Origin: Novosphingobium sp. | GTDB lineage: Bacteria > Pseudomonadota > Alphaproteobacteria > Sphingomonadales > Sphingomonadaceae | Reading direction: 5' to 3' | NCBI GenBank assembly: GCA_017987575.1 | Contig: JAGNTK010000001.1 | Location: 46,160-110,159 of the forward strand | DNA: 64,000 bases | Part shown: piece by piece, positions 51,494 through 61,362 of the stretch | Layout of the letters: each line of letters starts with the position of its first letter | How positions within the stretch are numbered: the stretch's first letter is position 1 | Program-made: the position numbers and the translations under genes | Notes under the pieces: model-generated | Seen by the model: only the letters and a program-made list of their open reading frames with translations | Told to the model about the DNA's origin: nothing | Databases searched by the model: none

Positions 51494-52661
51494 CCCCCGA
51501 ACCGACGGTGCGGCCACCTTCGCGAATTGCGAAGCGCAGACCTTCATCCATCGCGATCGGTGCGATCAGCTTGATCGAGATCGAAACGTTGTCGCCCGGC
51601 ATCACCATTTCGGTGCCTTCAGGCAGGATCACTTCGCCGGTCACGTCGGTCGTGCGGAAGTAGAACTGCGGGCGATAGTTGGCGAAGAACGGCGTGTGAC
51701 GGCCACCTTCGTCCTTCGAAAGCACGTAGACTTCTGCCGAGAACTCGGTGTGCGGCGTAACGGTGCCGGGCTTGGCCAGAACCTGACCACGCTCAACGTC
51801 TTCACGCTTCAGACCACGAACCAGCGCGCCGATGTTGTCGCCAGCTTCACCCTGATCGAGCAGCTTGCGGAACATTTCAACGCCGGTGACGACGGTCTTC
51901 TGGGTGTCGCGGATGCCGACAACTTCAACTTCTTCGCCGACCTTGACGATACCGGTTTCAACACGGCCGGTCACAACCGTACCACGACCCGAGATCGAGA
52001 ACACGTCTTCCACCGGCATCAGGAACGGCTTGTCGGTCGGACGCGGCGGCTGCGGGATGGCAGTGTCGACAGCGTTCATCAGGGCGATGATCGATTCCTT
52101 GCCGATGTTGTCATCGCGGCCTTCGAGCGCGGCCAGAGCCGAACCCGGGATAACCGGAATGGCGTCGCCGTCGAAGCCATACGAGCTCAGCAGCTCGCGG
52201 ATTTCGAGTTCGACCAGCTCAAGGATTTCAGCGTCGTCGACCTGATCAACCTTGTTCATGTACACGACCAGAGCCGGCACGCCGACCTGACGGGCGAGCA
52301 GGATGTGTTCACGGGTCTGCGGCATTGGGCCGTCAGCAGCGTTCACCACCAGGATGGCGCCGTCCATCTGCGCAGCACCGGTGATCATGTTCTTCACATA
52401 GTCAGCGTGGCCCGGGCAGTCGACGTGCGCATAGTGGCGCGCGGCGGTTTCATACTCAACGTGAGCGGTCGAGATGGTGATACCACGCTCGCGCTCTTCG
52501 GGAGCTTTGTCGATGTTTGCGAAGTCAACAGCCACACCACCGTTGATTTCGGCCATGATCTTGGTGATCGCTGCGGTCAGCGTGGTCTTACCATGGTCAA
52601 CGTGACCGATGGTGCCGATGTTGCAGTGCGGCTTGTTCCGCTCAAATTTTGCCTTAGCCAT
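51471..52661 (-). CDS. tuf: Elongation factor Tu
   Basis: [28 protein letters not shown]. Confidence 0.99.
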   Translation of the reverse strand: MAKAKFERNKPHCNIGTIGHVDHGKTTLTAAITKIMAEINGGVAVDFANIDKAPEERERGITISTAHVEYETAARHYAHVDCPGHADYVKNMITGAAQMDGAILVVNAADGPMPQTREHILLARQVGVPALVVYMNKVDQVDDAEILELVELEIRELLSSYGFDGDAIPVIPGSALAALEGRDDNIGKESIIALMNAVDTAIPQPPRPTDKPFLMPVEDVFSISGRGTVVTGRVETGIVKVGEEVEVVGIRDTQKTVVTGVEMFRKLLDQGEAGDNIGALVRGLKREDVERGQVLAKPGTVTPHTEFSAEVYVLSKDEGGRHTPFFANYRPQFYFRTTDVTGEVILPEGTEMVMPGDNVSISIKLIAPIAMDEGLRFAIREGGRTVGSGVVSKITK

Positions 52662-52731
52662 TGTTCAAACCTTCTTCTTCGCTTGAATTGTTGTCTGCGG
52701 GAAATAGCGGCACCCGCTGAATCAGGCGCCG

Positions 52732-52760
52732 CCCCTAGTCTGATCTTGCCGGTTAGGCAA
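52732..52760 (-). promoter_or_regulatory. Internal tuf promoter overlapping the fusA stop
   Basis: TTGCCT-N17-TAGGGG. Confidence 0.55.
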
Positions 52761-54825
52761 GCTTCTCCTTGATCTCGGTCGCGACATTCGCCGGGACCTC
52801 GTCGTAGTGCGAGAAAAACATCGAGTAATTTGCCCGGCCCTGGGTGAACGAGCGCAACTGGTTCACGTAACCGAACATGTTTGCCAGCGGCACCATCGCT
52901 TCAACAGCCTGAGCGTTTCCGCGAGTGTCGGTGCCCTGAATCTGACCACGACGGCTGTTCATGTCGCCGATGACGTCGCCCAGATAGTCATCCGGGGTCA
53001 CAACTTCGACCTTCATGATCGGCTCGAGCAGCTTGATCCCGGCCTTCTGCGCGACTTCGCGCATTGCACCGCGACCGGCGATTTCGAACGCCAGAGCGGA
53101 CGAGTCGACGTCATGGTAGGCGCCGTCATAAAGCAGCACTTCAAAGTCGATAATCGGGAAGCCGATCAGGCTGCCGGATTCAGCAGTTTCACGGAAACCC
53201 TTTTCAATCGCAGGGATATATTCCTTGGGAATGTTACCGCCCTTGATTTCATCCTTGAAGATGAAGCCCGAACCGCGCTCACCCGGGGTGACCTTGACCT
53301 TCACGCGGCCAAACTGACCGGTGCCGCCCGACTGTTTCTTGTGAGTGTAGTCAATGTCCACCGGCTTGCCGAGGTATTCGCGGTAAGCCACCTGCGGCGC
53401 ACCGACGTTGGCCTCAACCTTGAATTCGCGGCGCATCCGATCGACGATGATGTCGAGGTGAAGCTCGCCCATCCCCTTGATGATCGTCTGACCCGATTCA
53501 TGATCGGTCGAAACGCGGAAGCTCGGATCTTCGGCAGACAGGCGATTGAGCGCGACGCCCATCTTTTCCTGGTCAGCCTTGGTCTTGGGCTCCACCGACA
53601 GTTCGATCACCGGCTCAGGGAATTCCATCCGTTCGAGCACGATCGGTGACCGTTCGGCGCAGAGCGTGTCACCGGTGGTGGTTTCCTTCATGCCGGCCAG
53701 TGCGATGATGTCGCCCGCGAAAGCTTCGTCAACGTCCTTACGGTCGTTGGCGTGCATTTCGAGCATACGCCCGACCTTTTCCTTCTTGTCCTTGACCGAG
53801 TTCAGGTAGGTGCCCTTGACGAGCGTACCCGAATAGATCCGGATGAAGGTGAGCGAGCCAACGAAAGGATCGTTCATGACCTTGAATGCCAGAGCGCTGA
53901 ACGGCGCGTCATCGGTCGGCGGACGGCTGTCTTTCTCGTCGCTGTCCATCTTCACGCCCTGAACGTCAGGAATGTCGAGCGGCGAAGGCAGGTAATCGAC
54001 CACGGCGTCGAGCAGCGGCTGAACGCCCTTGTTCTTGAACGCCGAGCCGCAGCAAACCGGCACGAACGACTGGTTGAGCGTGCCCTTGCGGATGCAGGCC
54101 TTCAGCACTTCGACGCTGGGCTCGTTACCTTCGAGGTAGGCTTCCATCGCGTCGTCGTCCTGGTCGATGACCAGCTCGATCAGGTTCATGCGATATTCGG
54201 CTGCTTCGTCAGCCAGGTCCGCCGGAATGTCTTCATAGAAGAATTCAGCGCCCAGCGCTTCGTCCTTCCAGATGATCGCACGGTTGTGAACCAGATCGAC
54301 CAGCCCCTTCAGATCAGCTTCGAGTCCGATCGGAATGTAGAGCACAGCCGGCTTCGCGCCGAGCCGGTCAATGATCGACTGGACGCAGTATTTGAAGTTA
54401 GCACCGGTGCGGTCGAGCTTGTTGATGAAGCACATCCGCGGAACGCCGTACTTGTCGGCCTGGCGCCAAACGGTTTCGGACTGGGGCTCAACCCCGGCCA
54501 CGCCGTCAAAGCAGGCCACCGCGCCGTCGAGCACGCGCAGCGAGCGTTCGACTTCGATGGTGAAGTCGACGTGCCCGGGGGTGTCGATGATGTTGATCCG
54601 GTGATCGTTCCAGAAGCAGGTCGTGGCAGCCGAGGTGATCGTGATGCCGCGTTCTTGTTCCTGTTCCATCCAGTCCATCGTCGCGGCGCCGTCATGGACT
54701 TCGCCGATCTTGTAGGACTTGCCGGTGTAATAGAGAATGCGCTCGGTCGTCGTGGTCTTACCGGCGTCGATATGCGCCATAATACCGATATTGCGATACA
54801 TCGAGAGCGGATGGCTGCGGGCCAT
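52753..54825 (-). CDS. fusA: Elongation factor G
   Basis: [25 protein letters not shown]. Confidence 0.99.
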   Translation of the reverse strand: MARSHPLSMYRNIGIMAHIDAGKTTTTERILYYTGKSYKIGEVHDGAATMDWMEQEQERGITITSAATTCFWNDHRINIIDTPGHVDFTIEVERSLRVLDGAVACFDGVAGVEPQSETVWRQADKYGVPRMCFINKLDRTGANFKYCVQSIIDRLGAKPAVLYIPIGLEADLKGLVDLVHNRAIIWKDEALGAEFFYEDIPADLADEAAEYRMNLIELVIDQDDDAMEAYLEGNEPSVEVLKACIRKGTLNQSFVPVCCGSAFKNKGVQPLLDAVVDYLPSPLDIPDVQGVKMDSDEKDSRPPTDDAPFSALAFKVMNDPFVGSLTFIRIYSGTLVKGTYLNSVKDKKEKVGRMLEMHANDRKDVDEAFAGDIIALAGMKETTTGDTLCAERSPIVLERMEFPEPVIELSVEPKTKADQEKMGVALNRLSAEDPSFRVSTDHESGQTIIKGMGELHLDIIVDRMRREFKVEANVGAPQVAYREYLGKPVDIDYTHKKQSGGTGQFGRVKVKVTPGERGSGFIFKDEIKGGNIPKEYIPAIEKGFRETAESGSLIGFPIIDFEVLLYDGAYHDVDSSALAFEIAGRGAMREVAQKAGIKLLEPIMKVEVVTPDDYLGDVIGDMNSRRGQIQGTDTRGNAQAVEAMVPLANMFGYVNQLRSFTQGRANYSMFFSHYDEVPANVATEIKEKLA

Positions 54826-54926
54826 GGGAATTTCCTTAAGTCGCTGGACGGGGCCGGATTGCCGCCGTCCTTTGGTTCACAACTGTGACAGCGCGGTGAC
54901 GCCCCCCGAAGGAGGCGCCCCGGTGC

Positions 54927-55397
54927 TTACCAGCGGTAGTGGCTGAACGCGCGGTTGGCGTCGGCCATACGGTGGGTGTCTTCACGCTTCTTGACCGCGT
55001 TGCCACGGTTGTTGGCAGCGTCGAGCAGCTCGGCCGAGAGCCGCGCAGCCATCGTGGTTTCGCTGCGGTTGCGCGCGGCGGTGATCAACCAGCGGATCGC
55101 CAGAGCCTGAGCGCGTTCGGGACGCACTTCGACCGGAACCTGATAGGTGGCCCCGCCGACCCGGCGTGAACGCACTTCGATCTGCGGCTTCACATTGGTC
55201 AGCGCATCGTGGAACAGCTGGATCGGGTCCGACTTGGCCCGCGCTTCCATGGTTTCCATCGCACCGTAAACGATGCTTTCAGCAACCGACTTCTTACCAT
55301 CGAGCATGAGGTTGTTCATGAACTTCGACAGGGTCTGATCCTTGAACTTGGGATCAGGCAGAATAACCCGCTTTTCGGGACGACGACGACGTGACAT
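54927..55397 (-). CDS. rpsG: 30S ribosomal protein S7
   Basis: [14 protein letters not shown] ... [10 protein letters not shown]. Confidence 0.99.
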   Translation of the reverse strand: MSRRRRPEKRVILPDPKFKDQTLSKFMNNLMLDGKKSVAESIVYGAMETMEARAKSDPIQLFHDALTNVKPQIEVRSRRVGGATYQVPVEVRPERAQALAIRWLITAARNRSETTMAARLSAELLDAANNRGNAVKKREDTHRMADANRAFSHYRW

Positions 55398-55441
55398 GTC
55401 ACATATTCCTTTTCATCAACCCGGCTTGCCTATCCCCACCT

Positions 55442-55548
55442 CGTCACCCTGAACTCGTTTCAGGGTCTATCAGGCGGTTGGCTCAGCCGTGTGAATTCCA
55501 AAACCTGGGCTTGCGGCACCATGGATCCTGAAACGAGTTCAGGATGAC
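55442..55548. repeat. CGTC-tagged palindromic repeat dimer (REP/RPE-like)
   Basis: CGTCACCCTGAACTCGTTTCAGGGTC (55442-55467) and inverted GATCCTGAAACGAGTTCAGGATGAC (55524-55548). Confidence 0.8.
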
Positions 55549-55569
55549 CAGACGCCCTAGGCCGTCAGG

Positions 55570-55941
55570 TCACTTCGGACGCTTGGCGCCGTACTTCGAG
55601 CGGCTCTTCTTGCGGTCCTTGACGCCCTGGGTATCCAGTACGCCGCGCAGCACGTGATAACGCACACCGGGAAGATCGCGGACACGCCCGCCGCGGATCA
55701 GCACAACGCTGTGTTCCTGCAGGTTGTGGCCTTCGCCCGGAATGTACGAAATGACTTCGCGCTGGTTGGTCAGACGGATCTTCGCGACCTTGCGCAGTGC
55801 CGAGTTCGGCTTCTTCGGCGTGGTCGTGTAAACGCGGGTGCAAACGCCGCGCTTCTGCGGGTTCTGCTCCATCGCAGGAACCTTCGACTTGGCCTTCTGC
55901 GGCTCGCGACCCTTGCGGATCAGCTGGTTGATAGTGGGCAT
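55570..55941 (-). CDS. rpsL: 30S ribosomal protein S12
   Basis: MPTINQL ... [10 protein letters not shown] ... DLPGVRY; start moved to 55941. Confidence 0.99.
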   Translation of the reverse strand: MPTINQLIRKGREPQKAKSKVPAMEQNPQKRGVCTRVYTTTPKKPNSALRKVAKIRLTNQREVISYIPGEGHNLQEHSVVLIRGGRVRDLPGVRYHVLRGVLDTQGVKDRKKSRSKYGAKRPK

Positions 55942-56155
55942 TAAAGACTTCACCTTGCAAATGGCCGCTGCAGCAAAAGGTGAAGGAATGCGGAACCCGC
56001 GAATACGCCAGCAACAGGGCCCAGCCCCGTTAGGCGAATCACGAGCCGAAAACGCTCCACCAGGCACAATGACCGGGTTACTTTGACGGATTACCGCGAT
56101 TTCCGCAGCGCACCGCCAATGTTCAGCTCAATCCAGGTTGCCCCGGAAGTGGCGG

Positions 56156-56184
56156 CCCTTAGGTGGGTTTAGGGGTGGGGTCAA
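56156..56184 (-). promoter_or_regulatory. str-operon promoter
   Basis: TTGACC-N17-TAAGGG followed by GC-rich CCGCC. Confidence 0.7.
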
Positions 56185-56198
56185 GCACTGGTCGCCGG

Positions 56199-56501
56199 TC
56201 AAGCCGCCATTAACAGTTCGATCCGGGCGACTTCCTGCGCAAACTCGAAGCGAAGCTGATCGCGTTCGTCTTCAGGCAGCCAATTGGCCATCTGCGGAAA
56301 CACCACCTTGTGATAATTGAAGGTGCGCTCATCCCATGGACAGTCGCCAATCGCGGCTTTTGCTTCTGCGAGTATTCCGAGCAATTCCTCGCGCACTTCT
56401 TCGCGATCCGGTTCGAACGACTTGGGCTTTGGCGTATCGCCCAGATCGAAACCAAGCTGGCTTGGTCCCATTTGGAAAAGATTTCCTAACTCTTCTGCCA
56501 T
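56199..56501 (-). CDS. Small acidic hypothetical protein (100 aa) divergent from the R-M gene
   Basis: Only the 3' end of ORF 56199-58196 lies outside the R-M gene; MAEELGNLFQMGPSQLGFDL ... PW ... FPQMANWLPEDERDQLRFEF; alternative start at 56471. Confidence 0.7.
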   Translation of the reverse strand: MAEELGNLFQMGPSQLGFDLGDTPKPKSFEPDREEVREELLGILAEAKAAIGDCPWDERTFNYHKVVFPQMANWLPEDERDQLRFEFAQEVARIELLMAA

Positions 56502-56570
56502 TCCCACACCCAACCGGTTGCGGCACGTGCCGCGTCTATGCCACACCGGCATATCTAATGGAGAGCCGCA

Positions 56571-59500
56571 GTGACGCAAGCCGGACGAATCAACAAAGCT
56601 GTGGGAGAGTTCGGTGCTGCAGCCAAAGCCAAGCTGAACGAAGGTGGACAGCCCGAGGACCAGCTCCGCAACCCGATCGAGCAGCTGTTCAAGGCGTTGA
56701 CTCCGGAATGCGACCTGCCCGCGGGTGCAGTTACGCTGGTCGGCGAAAAATCGCTCTCCGAAATGCGCACCAGGCCCGATTTTGCGGTGCAGGTGCGCGG
56801 CGCGCTTAACGGCTTTATCGAGGTTAAAGCCCCCGGCAAGGGAGCCGATCCGCGCAAGTGGAAGGCCGGACACGACAAGGAGCAGTGGGACAAGCTGAAG
56901 GCCTTGCCCAACTTGCTCTACACCGATGGCAATGCCTTCTCGCTCTGGCGCGACGGGGCGCTGGTCGGCAAGATTGTCCACCTTGATGGCAGCATCGACG
57001 ATAGCGGCAACAAGCTTAAGGCCCCCGCACCTTTCCATCCGCTGATCGCCGATTTCCTCAGCTGGAAGCCGATTCCACCCAAAGGCGCGAACGAGCTGGC
57101 GCGGGTTTCTGCGCGGCTGTGCCGGTTCCTGCGTGACGAGGTGATCGAACAGCTTGAGGCCAAGAACCCGGCGCTCACTACGTTGCGCGACGACTGGAAG
57201 ACCTTGCTGTTCCCCGAAGCGGACGATGCCAAATTCGCCGATGGCTATGCCCAGGCGGTCACCTTCGGGTTGCTGATGGCCAAGTCCAAGAACATGAGCC
57301 TGACCGGCGGGCTGGATGCCGTCGCCAAGGAACTGGGCAAGGCCAATACCCTGATCGGCACCGCGCTGCGGCTGCTGACCGAACAGGAGCTGAACCTCGG
57401 CCCGGCGCTCGATACGCTGACCCGCGTGCTCGATGAGGTATCGTGGGCCAAGGTCTCTAAGGGCGATCCCGAGGCCTGGCTCTATTTCTACGAGAACTTC
57501 CTTGAGGTTTACGACAACAAGCTGCGCAAGCTGACCGGCAGCTATTACACCCCGCCGCAAGTGGTCCGCACGATGGTGCGGCTGTGCGACGAGGCGCTCA
57601 AATCGACCCGCTTCGGGATCGTTGACGGGCTGGCCGGGCAGAACGTGCACATCGTCGATCCGGCAACCGGTTCGGGCACGTTCCTGCTCGGTGTGATCGA
57701 AAGCATCAAGGCGACGATTGCGGCGAACCATGGCGGCGAAGGCGCGGTGGCCGGGGAAATGGCCGAGGTCGCCGAGCGACTGATCGGGTTCGAGCTGCAA
57801 TTCGGCGCTTTCGCCGTGGCGCAGCTGCGGCTGATGGCGGAAATGCTGGAGATCGGCACCAGCGCCACCCCGCGGCTGTTCGTCACCGATACGCTGGGCG
57901 ATCCCCACGAAACCTTTGAGCGTGCGCCGGGCGTCTATGGCGCACTGTCGATGTCGCGCGCCGCCGCCAACGAGATCAAGCGCAGCCAGCCGATTACCGT
58001 GGTGATCGGCAATCCGCCCTACAAAGAAAAGGCCAAGGGCACGGGATCGTGGATCGAAAGCGGCAGCAAGAACAAGGCTGCGCCGCTCAATGACTGGCAA
58101 CCGCCAAAGGAATGGAAGGTCGGCACCCACACCAAGCACCTCCGCAACCTCTATGTCTATTTCTGGCGCTGGGCCGCTTGGAAGGTCTTCGAGCAAGGCG
58201 CGGGTGGACGCGACCTGAGCCCGCCGGTGGAGGAAAAGCTGGCGGGGATGGTCTGCTACATAACTATGTCAGGCTTTTTGAATGGTGACGGATTTCAAAA
58301 GATGCGCGCGGATTTGCGCCGCGATTGCGATGAAATCTGGGTAATCGATTGCTCGCCCGAAGGTTACCAACCAGCCGTGGCAAGTCGGATTTTTGAAGGA
58401 GTCCAACAAGAAGTCTGCATCGTTCTTGCCTCGCGTTCGATCAAGCCCGATGCGGACAAGCCCGCCCGGGTCCGCTACCGCGCGCTGGGCAAGGGACGGC
58501 GCGACGCAAAGTTTACGGAACTGGCGGGAATTGCGCTGGCCGACGCCAAGTGGAGCGATTGCCCCGCCGCGTCGCGCGCGCCGTTCTTGCCTGAACACAG
58601 CGGCGGCTGGGGTGGCTATCCCGCGCTCGACACGGTGCTCGGCGATTGCGGCTCAGGTGTCATGCCGGGCCGGACTTGGATCATCGCGCCCGATGCCGCG
58701 TCGCTGACACAGCGTTGGACGCGGTTGGTCGGAGAACCGATCTCAACCGAACGTGAGCGGTTGTTTCATCCGCATGAAGGTGGTGATCGCAGTGTCGGCA
58801 AGGGCGATGCCAAAGGCCTTGGCAGCCACCACAAGGAACTCTCGTCCGTGGAGTTCGGCCTCAAGCACAAAGGCAGCAACGACCCTAAGTTTGCTACCCT
58901 CGCCGCCGCCGCCCTCGCGGGAGTATCACCAACTCGATACGGCTACAGATCGTTCGACCGGCAATGGATCATTCCCGATAAGCGCCTTATTAACCGTCCC
59001 AATCCCGGCCTTTGGGAAATGCTCGGAGACCAGCAGGTTTACCTTTCTGCGCTCATGGCTGACAGTCCCACGTCAGGTCCGGCGCTCTCGGCGACTGCAC
59101 TCATCCCCGATCTTCACCAATACAAAGGCTCCTTCGGGGGCCGCGTCTTCTCGCTTTGGAAAGACGCCGCCGCGACCGAGGCCAATGTTTCGCCCGCTGT
59201 GGTCGCCGCCTTTGCCAAGGCTTTCGGGGCGCCGGTCGATCCGGTCGATGTCTTCGCCTATGTCGCCGCGCTGCTCGCGCATCCGGCCTATACCGCCAGG
59301 TTCGCCGCCGATCTGGTCCGCCCTGGCCTGCGCGTGCCGCTGACCGCCGACGCCGTGCTGTTTGCCGAGGCCGCCAAGTTTGGCCGCGCAGTGATCCGGC
59401 TCCACACCTTTGGCGAGCGCTTTGCCACCGAAGACCCGCCCAAGCCGCCGCGCGTGGCCAAAGATGCCCCGACCGTTCCCAAGGACGGCGCGATCCCGGC

Positions 59501-59867
59501 CACGCCTGAAGGTTTTCCCGATACGATCGACTATGACGCAGCAAAGCGGCGTCTGCTGGTCGGCACCGGCTTCATCGACAACGTCCCGCCAGCAGTCTGG
59601 GCCTACGAAGTCTCGGGCAAGCAAGTGCTGCGCCAGTGGTTCAGCTATCGCAAGAAGAACCGCGAACGCCCTCAGATCGGCGACCGCCGCCTGCCCTCAC
59701 CGCTTGGTGAGATTCAGCCGGATCATTGGCTCAGCGAATACACCACCGAGCTGATCAATGTCCTCAATGTGCTCGCGCTCCTTGTTGAATTGGAGCCGAA
59801 ACAGGCCGATCTGCTCAACCGGATTTGCAGCGGGCCATTAATCCCGGCGAGCAAGCTGCCATCATAA
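56571..59867 (+). CDS. Single-chain restriction-modification enzyme (Type IIG-like: nuclease + N6-adenine MTase + Type ISP-like specificity domain)
   Basis: RPDF...FIEVK (PD-(D/E)xK), GSYYTP, DPATGSGTF (motif I), VIGNPPY (motif IV), YRSFDRQW and WAYEVSGKQVLRQWFSYR in the C-terminal region; no helicase motifs. Confidence 0.88.
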   Translation: MTQAGRINKAVGEFGAAAKAKLNEGGQPEDQLRNPIEQLFKALTPECDLPAGAVTLVGEKSLSEMRTRPDFAVQVRGALNGFIEVKAPGKGADPRKWKAGHDKEQWDKLKALPNLLYTDGNAFSLWRDGALVGKIVHLDGSIDDSGNKLKAPAPFHPLIADFLSWKPIPPKGANELARVSARLCRFLRDEVIEQLEAKNPALTTLRDDWKTLLFPEADDAKFADGYAQAVTFGLLMAKSKNMSLTGGLDAVAKELGKANTLIGTALRLLTEQELNLGPALDTLTRVLDEVSWAKVSKGDPEAWLYFYENFLEVYDNKLRKLTGSYYTPPQVVRTMVRLCDEALKSTRFGIVDGLAGQNVHIVDPATGSGTFLLGVIESIKATIAANHGGEGAVAGEMAEVAERLIGFELQFGAFAVAQLRLMAEMLEIGTSATPRLFVTDTLGDPHETFERAPGVYGALSMSRAAANEIKRSQPITVVIGNPPYKEKAKGTGSWIESGSKNKAAPLNDWQPPKEWKVGTHTKHLRNLYVYFWRWAAWKVFEQGAGGRDLSPPVEEKLAGMVCYITMSGFLNGDGFQKMRADLRRDCDEIWVIDCSPEGYQPAVASRIFEGVQQEVCIVLASRSIKPDADKPARVRYRALGKGRRDAKFTELAGIALADAKWSDCPAASRAPFLPEHSGGWGGYPALDTVLGDCGSGVMPGRTWIIAPDAASLTQRWTRLVGEPISTERERLFHPHEGGDRSVGKGDAKGLGSHHKELSSVEFGLKHKGSNDPKFATLAAAALAGVSPTRYGYRSFDRQWIIPDKRLINRPNPGLWEMLGDQQVYLSALMADSPTSGPALSATALIPDLHQYKGSFGGRVFSLWKDAAATEANVSPAVVAAFAKAFGAPVDPVDVFAYVAALLAHPAYTARFAADLVRPGLRVPLTADAVLFAEAAKFGRAVIRLHTFGERFATEDPPKPPRVAKDAPTVPKDGAIPATPEGFPDTIDYDAAKRRLLVGTGFIDNVPPAVWAYEVSGKQVLRQWFSYRKKNRERPQIGDRRLPSPLGEIQPDHWLSEYTTELINVLNVLALLVELEPKQADLLNRICSGPLIPASKLPS

Positions 59868-59956
59868 ACCATTTTCCTACACCCCCGCCCCTCTGATACC
59901 CGGAACCTCCATCCGGGGGCGCAAATCCTACATTTTGCTCCGGAGGTTTTCCCAAC

Positions 59957-60733
59957 GTGTCTGACAAGCCTGATGGCCCCGCCGCGCTGACTTGCGCTTC
60001 ACCCCGCCCATCCCGCCGCACCAGCCGGACCGCCTTCACCGCCGAGCCGCCCGATCCGGACGATCCGCTGCTGGGCTTTGCGCCCTATCTCCACTCTGCC
60101 CCGCGCCGCAATTCGATCACGCCGGATCGCCAGCGCGCCTTTATCGCTGCGCTCGCCGCTAGCGGGATCGTCACGCAGGCGGCGCGGGAGATTGGGGCTT
60201 CGTTGGAGGCGCTGTACAAGCTGCGGGCGCGGCCGGGGGCGGAGGGATTTTCGGCGGCTTGGGAGGCGGCGATTGATCGGGGGATCTTGCGGCTGGAGGA
60301 TTGCGCGGTGGAGCTGGCGCTGCGCGGGGAGGAGCTGCCGATTGCTTCGGGCGGCAAGCTGCTCGGCACCTATCGCAAGCACAATTTCGGGCACATCCGC
60401 TTTATGCTCAGCCAGCGGCGGGGGGATCGGTTTGGGCACGGTAGCGGGGTCCAGTCCAGCAGCAAGAGCCTGGAGCCATCAGCGCAGACCCCCGGTACGG
60501 CGGCCTATGAGCGGCAGCGCGAGCAATGGCGCGTGGAGTATGAGGCCGAGAAGCGGCGGCAGAGCGATCTGCGGTTTGAGGCCAATGAGCGGTTCATCGA
60601 AAAGCTCAACCGGCGGATCGGTGAAAAGCGCCAGGAGGCGATCGACGCCGGGCTGATGCGGGAACTGCCCGATGGGCGGGCCGAGTGGCTCGATCCGGAA
60701 ATGGCCCTGCTCCGCGGCGAGCGCAGGGGTTAG
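59957..60733 (+). CDS. Hypothetical HTH protein, small-terminase-like
   Basis: TPDRQRAFIAALAASGIVTQAAREIGAS..ALYKLR....FSAAWEAA...LED.A..LA..G; GTG start behind GGAGG. Confidence 0.65.
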   Translation: MSDKPDGPAALTCASPRPSRRTSRTAFTAEPPDPDDPLLGFAPYLHSAPRRNSITPDRQRAFIAALAASGIVTQAAREIGASLEALYKLRARPGAEGFSAAWEAAIDRGILRLEDCAVELALRGEELPIASGGKLLGTYRKHNFGHIRFMLSQRRGDRFGHGSGVQSSSKSLEPSAQTPGTAAYERQREQWRVEYEAEKRRQSDLRFEANERFIEKLNRRIGEKRQEAIDAGLMRELPDGRAEWLDPEMALLRGERRG

Positions 60734-61362
60734 AGCGCGAAACTCGCCCGTTCCGCCAGCTTCCCTCGCCATGCTGCAATTGCGGGACGGCTTTCGTTCA
60801 CATCCACCTTGACCCAGCCGGCGAAATCGAGCGCGACCCCGGCGGTGATGTCGGCGAGCGAGAAGCTGTCTGTAGCCACCCAATCGCGCCCCGCCATGTG
60901 CGCTTCAAACCGGTCAAGGAAATGGAGCAGCCTCGCCCTACCCCGTTCGGCCAGTTCGGGGATCTGAGCGTAATTGTGCGGGCCGGGCAGCGCGCGGTCC
61001 TTCATCCCCTTGGCGGTGTTGCGCAGCACTTCGGCGATGGCCATGAAGCATTCGCCCTCGAGCTTGCTGTTCCAGCTGGCGATCGCGGCCTTTTCCAGCG
61101 GGGTGTGGCCGAGCAGCGGCGGATCGGGCTGGACCGCTTCGGCCCACGCGGCGATCCCGGCGTTGTCGGTCAGCACGGCGCCATCCTCCAGCACCAGCGC
61201 AGGCACGGTACAAGCCGGATTGATCGCGCGGAATTCGGGGGTGAGCTGCTCGGCCTTCGACAGGTCGACGATCTTGACCGTGTGGGGGATGCTCTTTTCA
61301 GCCAGCACGATCCGGGCGCGGCGCGGACTGGGGGCGGGCGTGCAATCGTAGAAGGTGATCAT
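60730..61362 (-). CDS. Glutathione S-transferase
   Basis: APSPRRARIVLAEK, INPACTVPAL, FSLADITA; start moved to 61362. Confidence 0.9.
   Translation of the reverse strand: MITFYDCTPAPSPRRARIVLAEKSIPHTVKIVDLSKAEQLTPEFRAINPACTVPALVLEDGAVLTDNAGIAAWAEAVQPDPPLLGHTPLEKAAIASWNSKLEGECFMAIAEVLRNTAKGMKDRALPGPHNYAQIPELAERGRARLLHFLDRFEAHMAGRDWVATDSFSLADITAGVALDFAGWVKVDVNESRPAIAAWRGKLAERASFAL

Noticed and set aside
34902-54888. Long plus-strand ORFs antisense to rpoA, secY, rpsC, rplB, rplC/D, tuf and fusA (e.g. 34902-36317, 38016-39557, 49426-50895, 51411-52772)
   Set aside because: Typical stop-free antisense frames of highly biased genes; no motifs or SD signals.
56502-58196. 665-aa minus-strand ORF overlapping the R-M gene
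   Set aside because: Codon-register shadow of a GC-rich gene; only the last 100 codons outside the overlap look like a real protein.
56571-59867. Calling the R-M enzyme a full Type ISP or BREX PglX
   Set aside because: No SF2 helicase motifs and too short for Type ISP; no brx/pgl genes nearby.
56199-60733. Prophage or integrative element around the R-M gene
   Set aside because: No integrase, transposase, tRNA target or flanking direct repeats found by eye.
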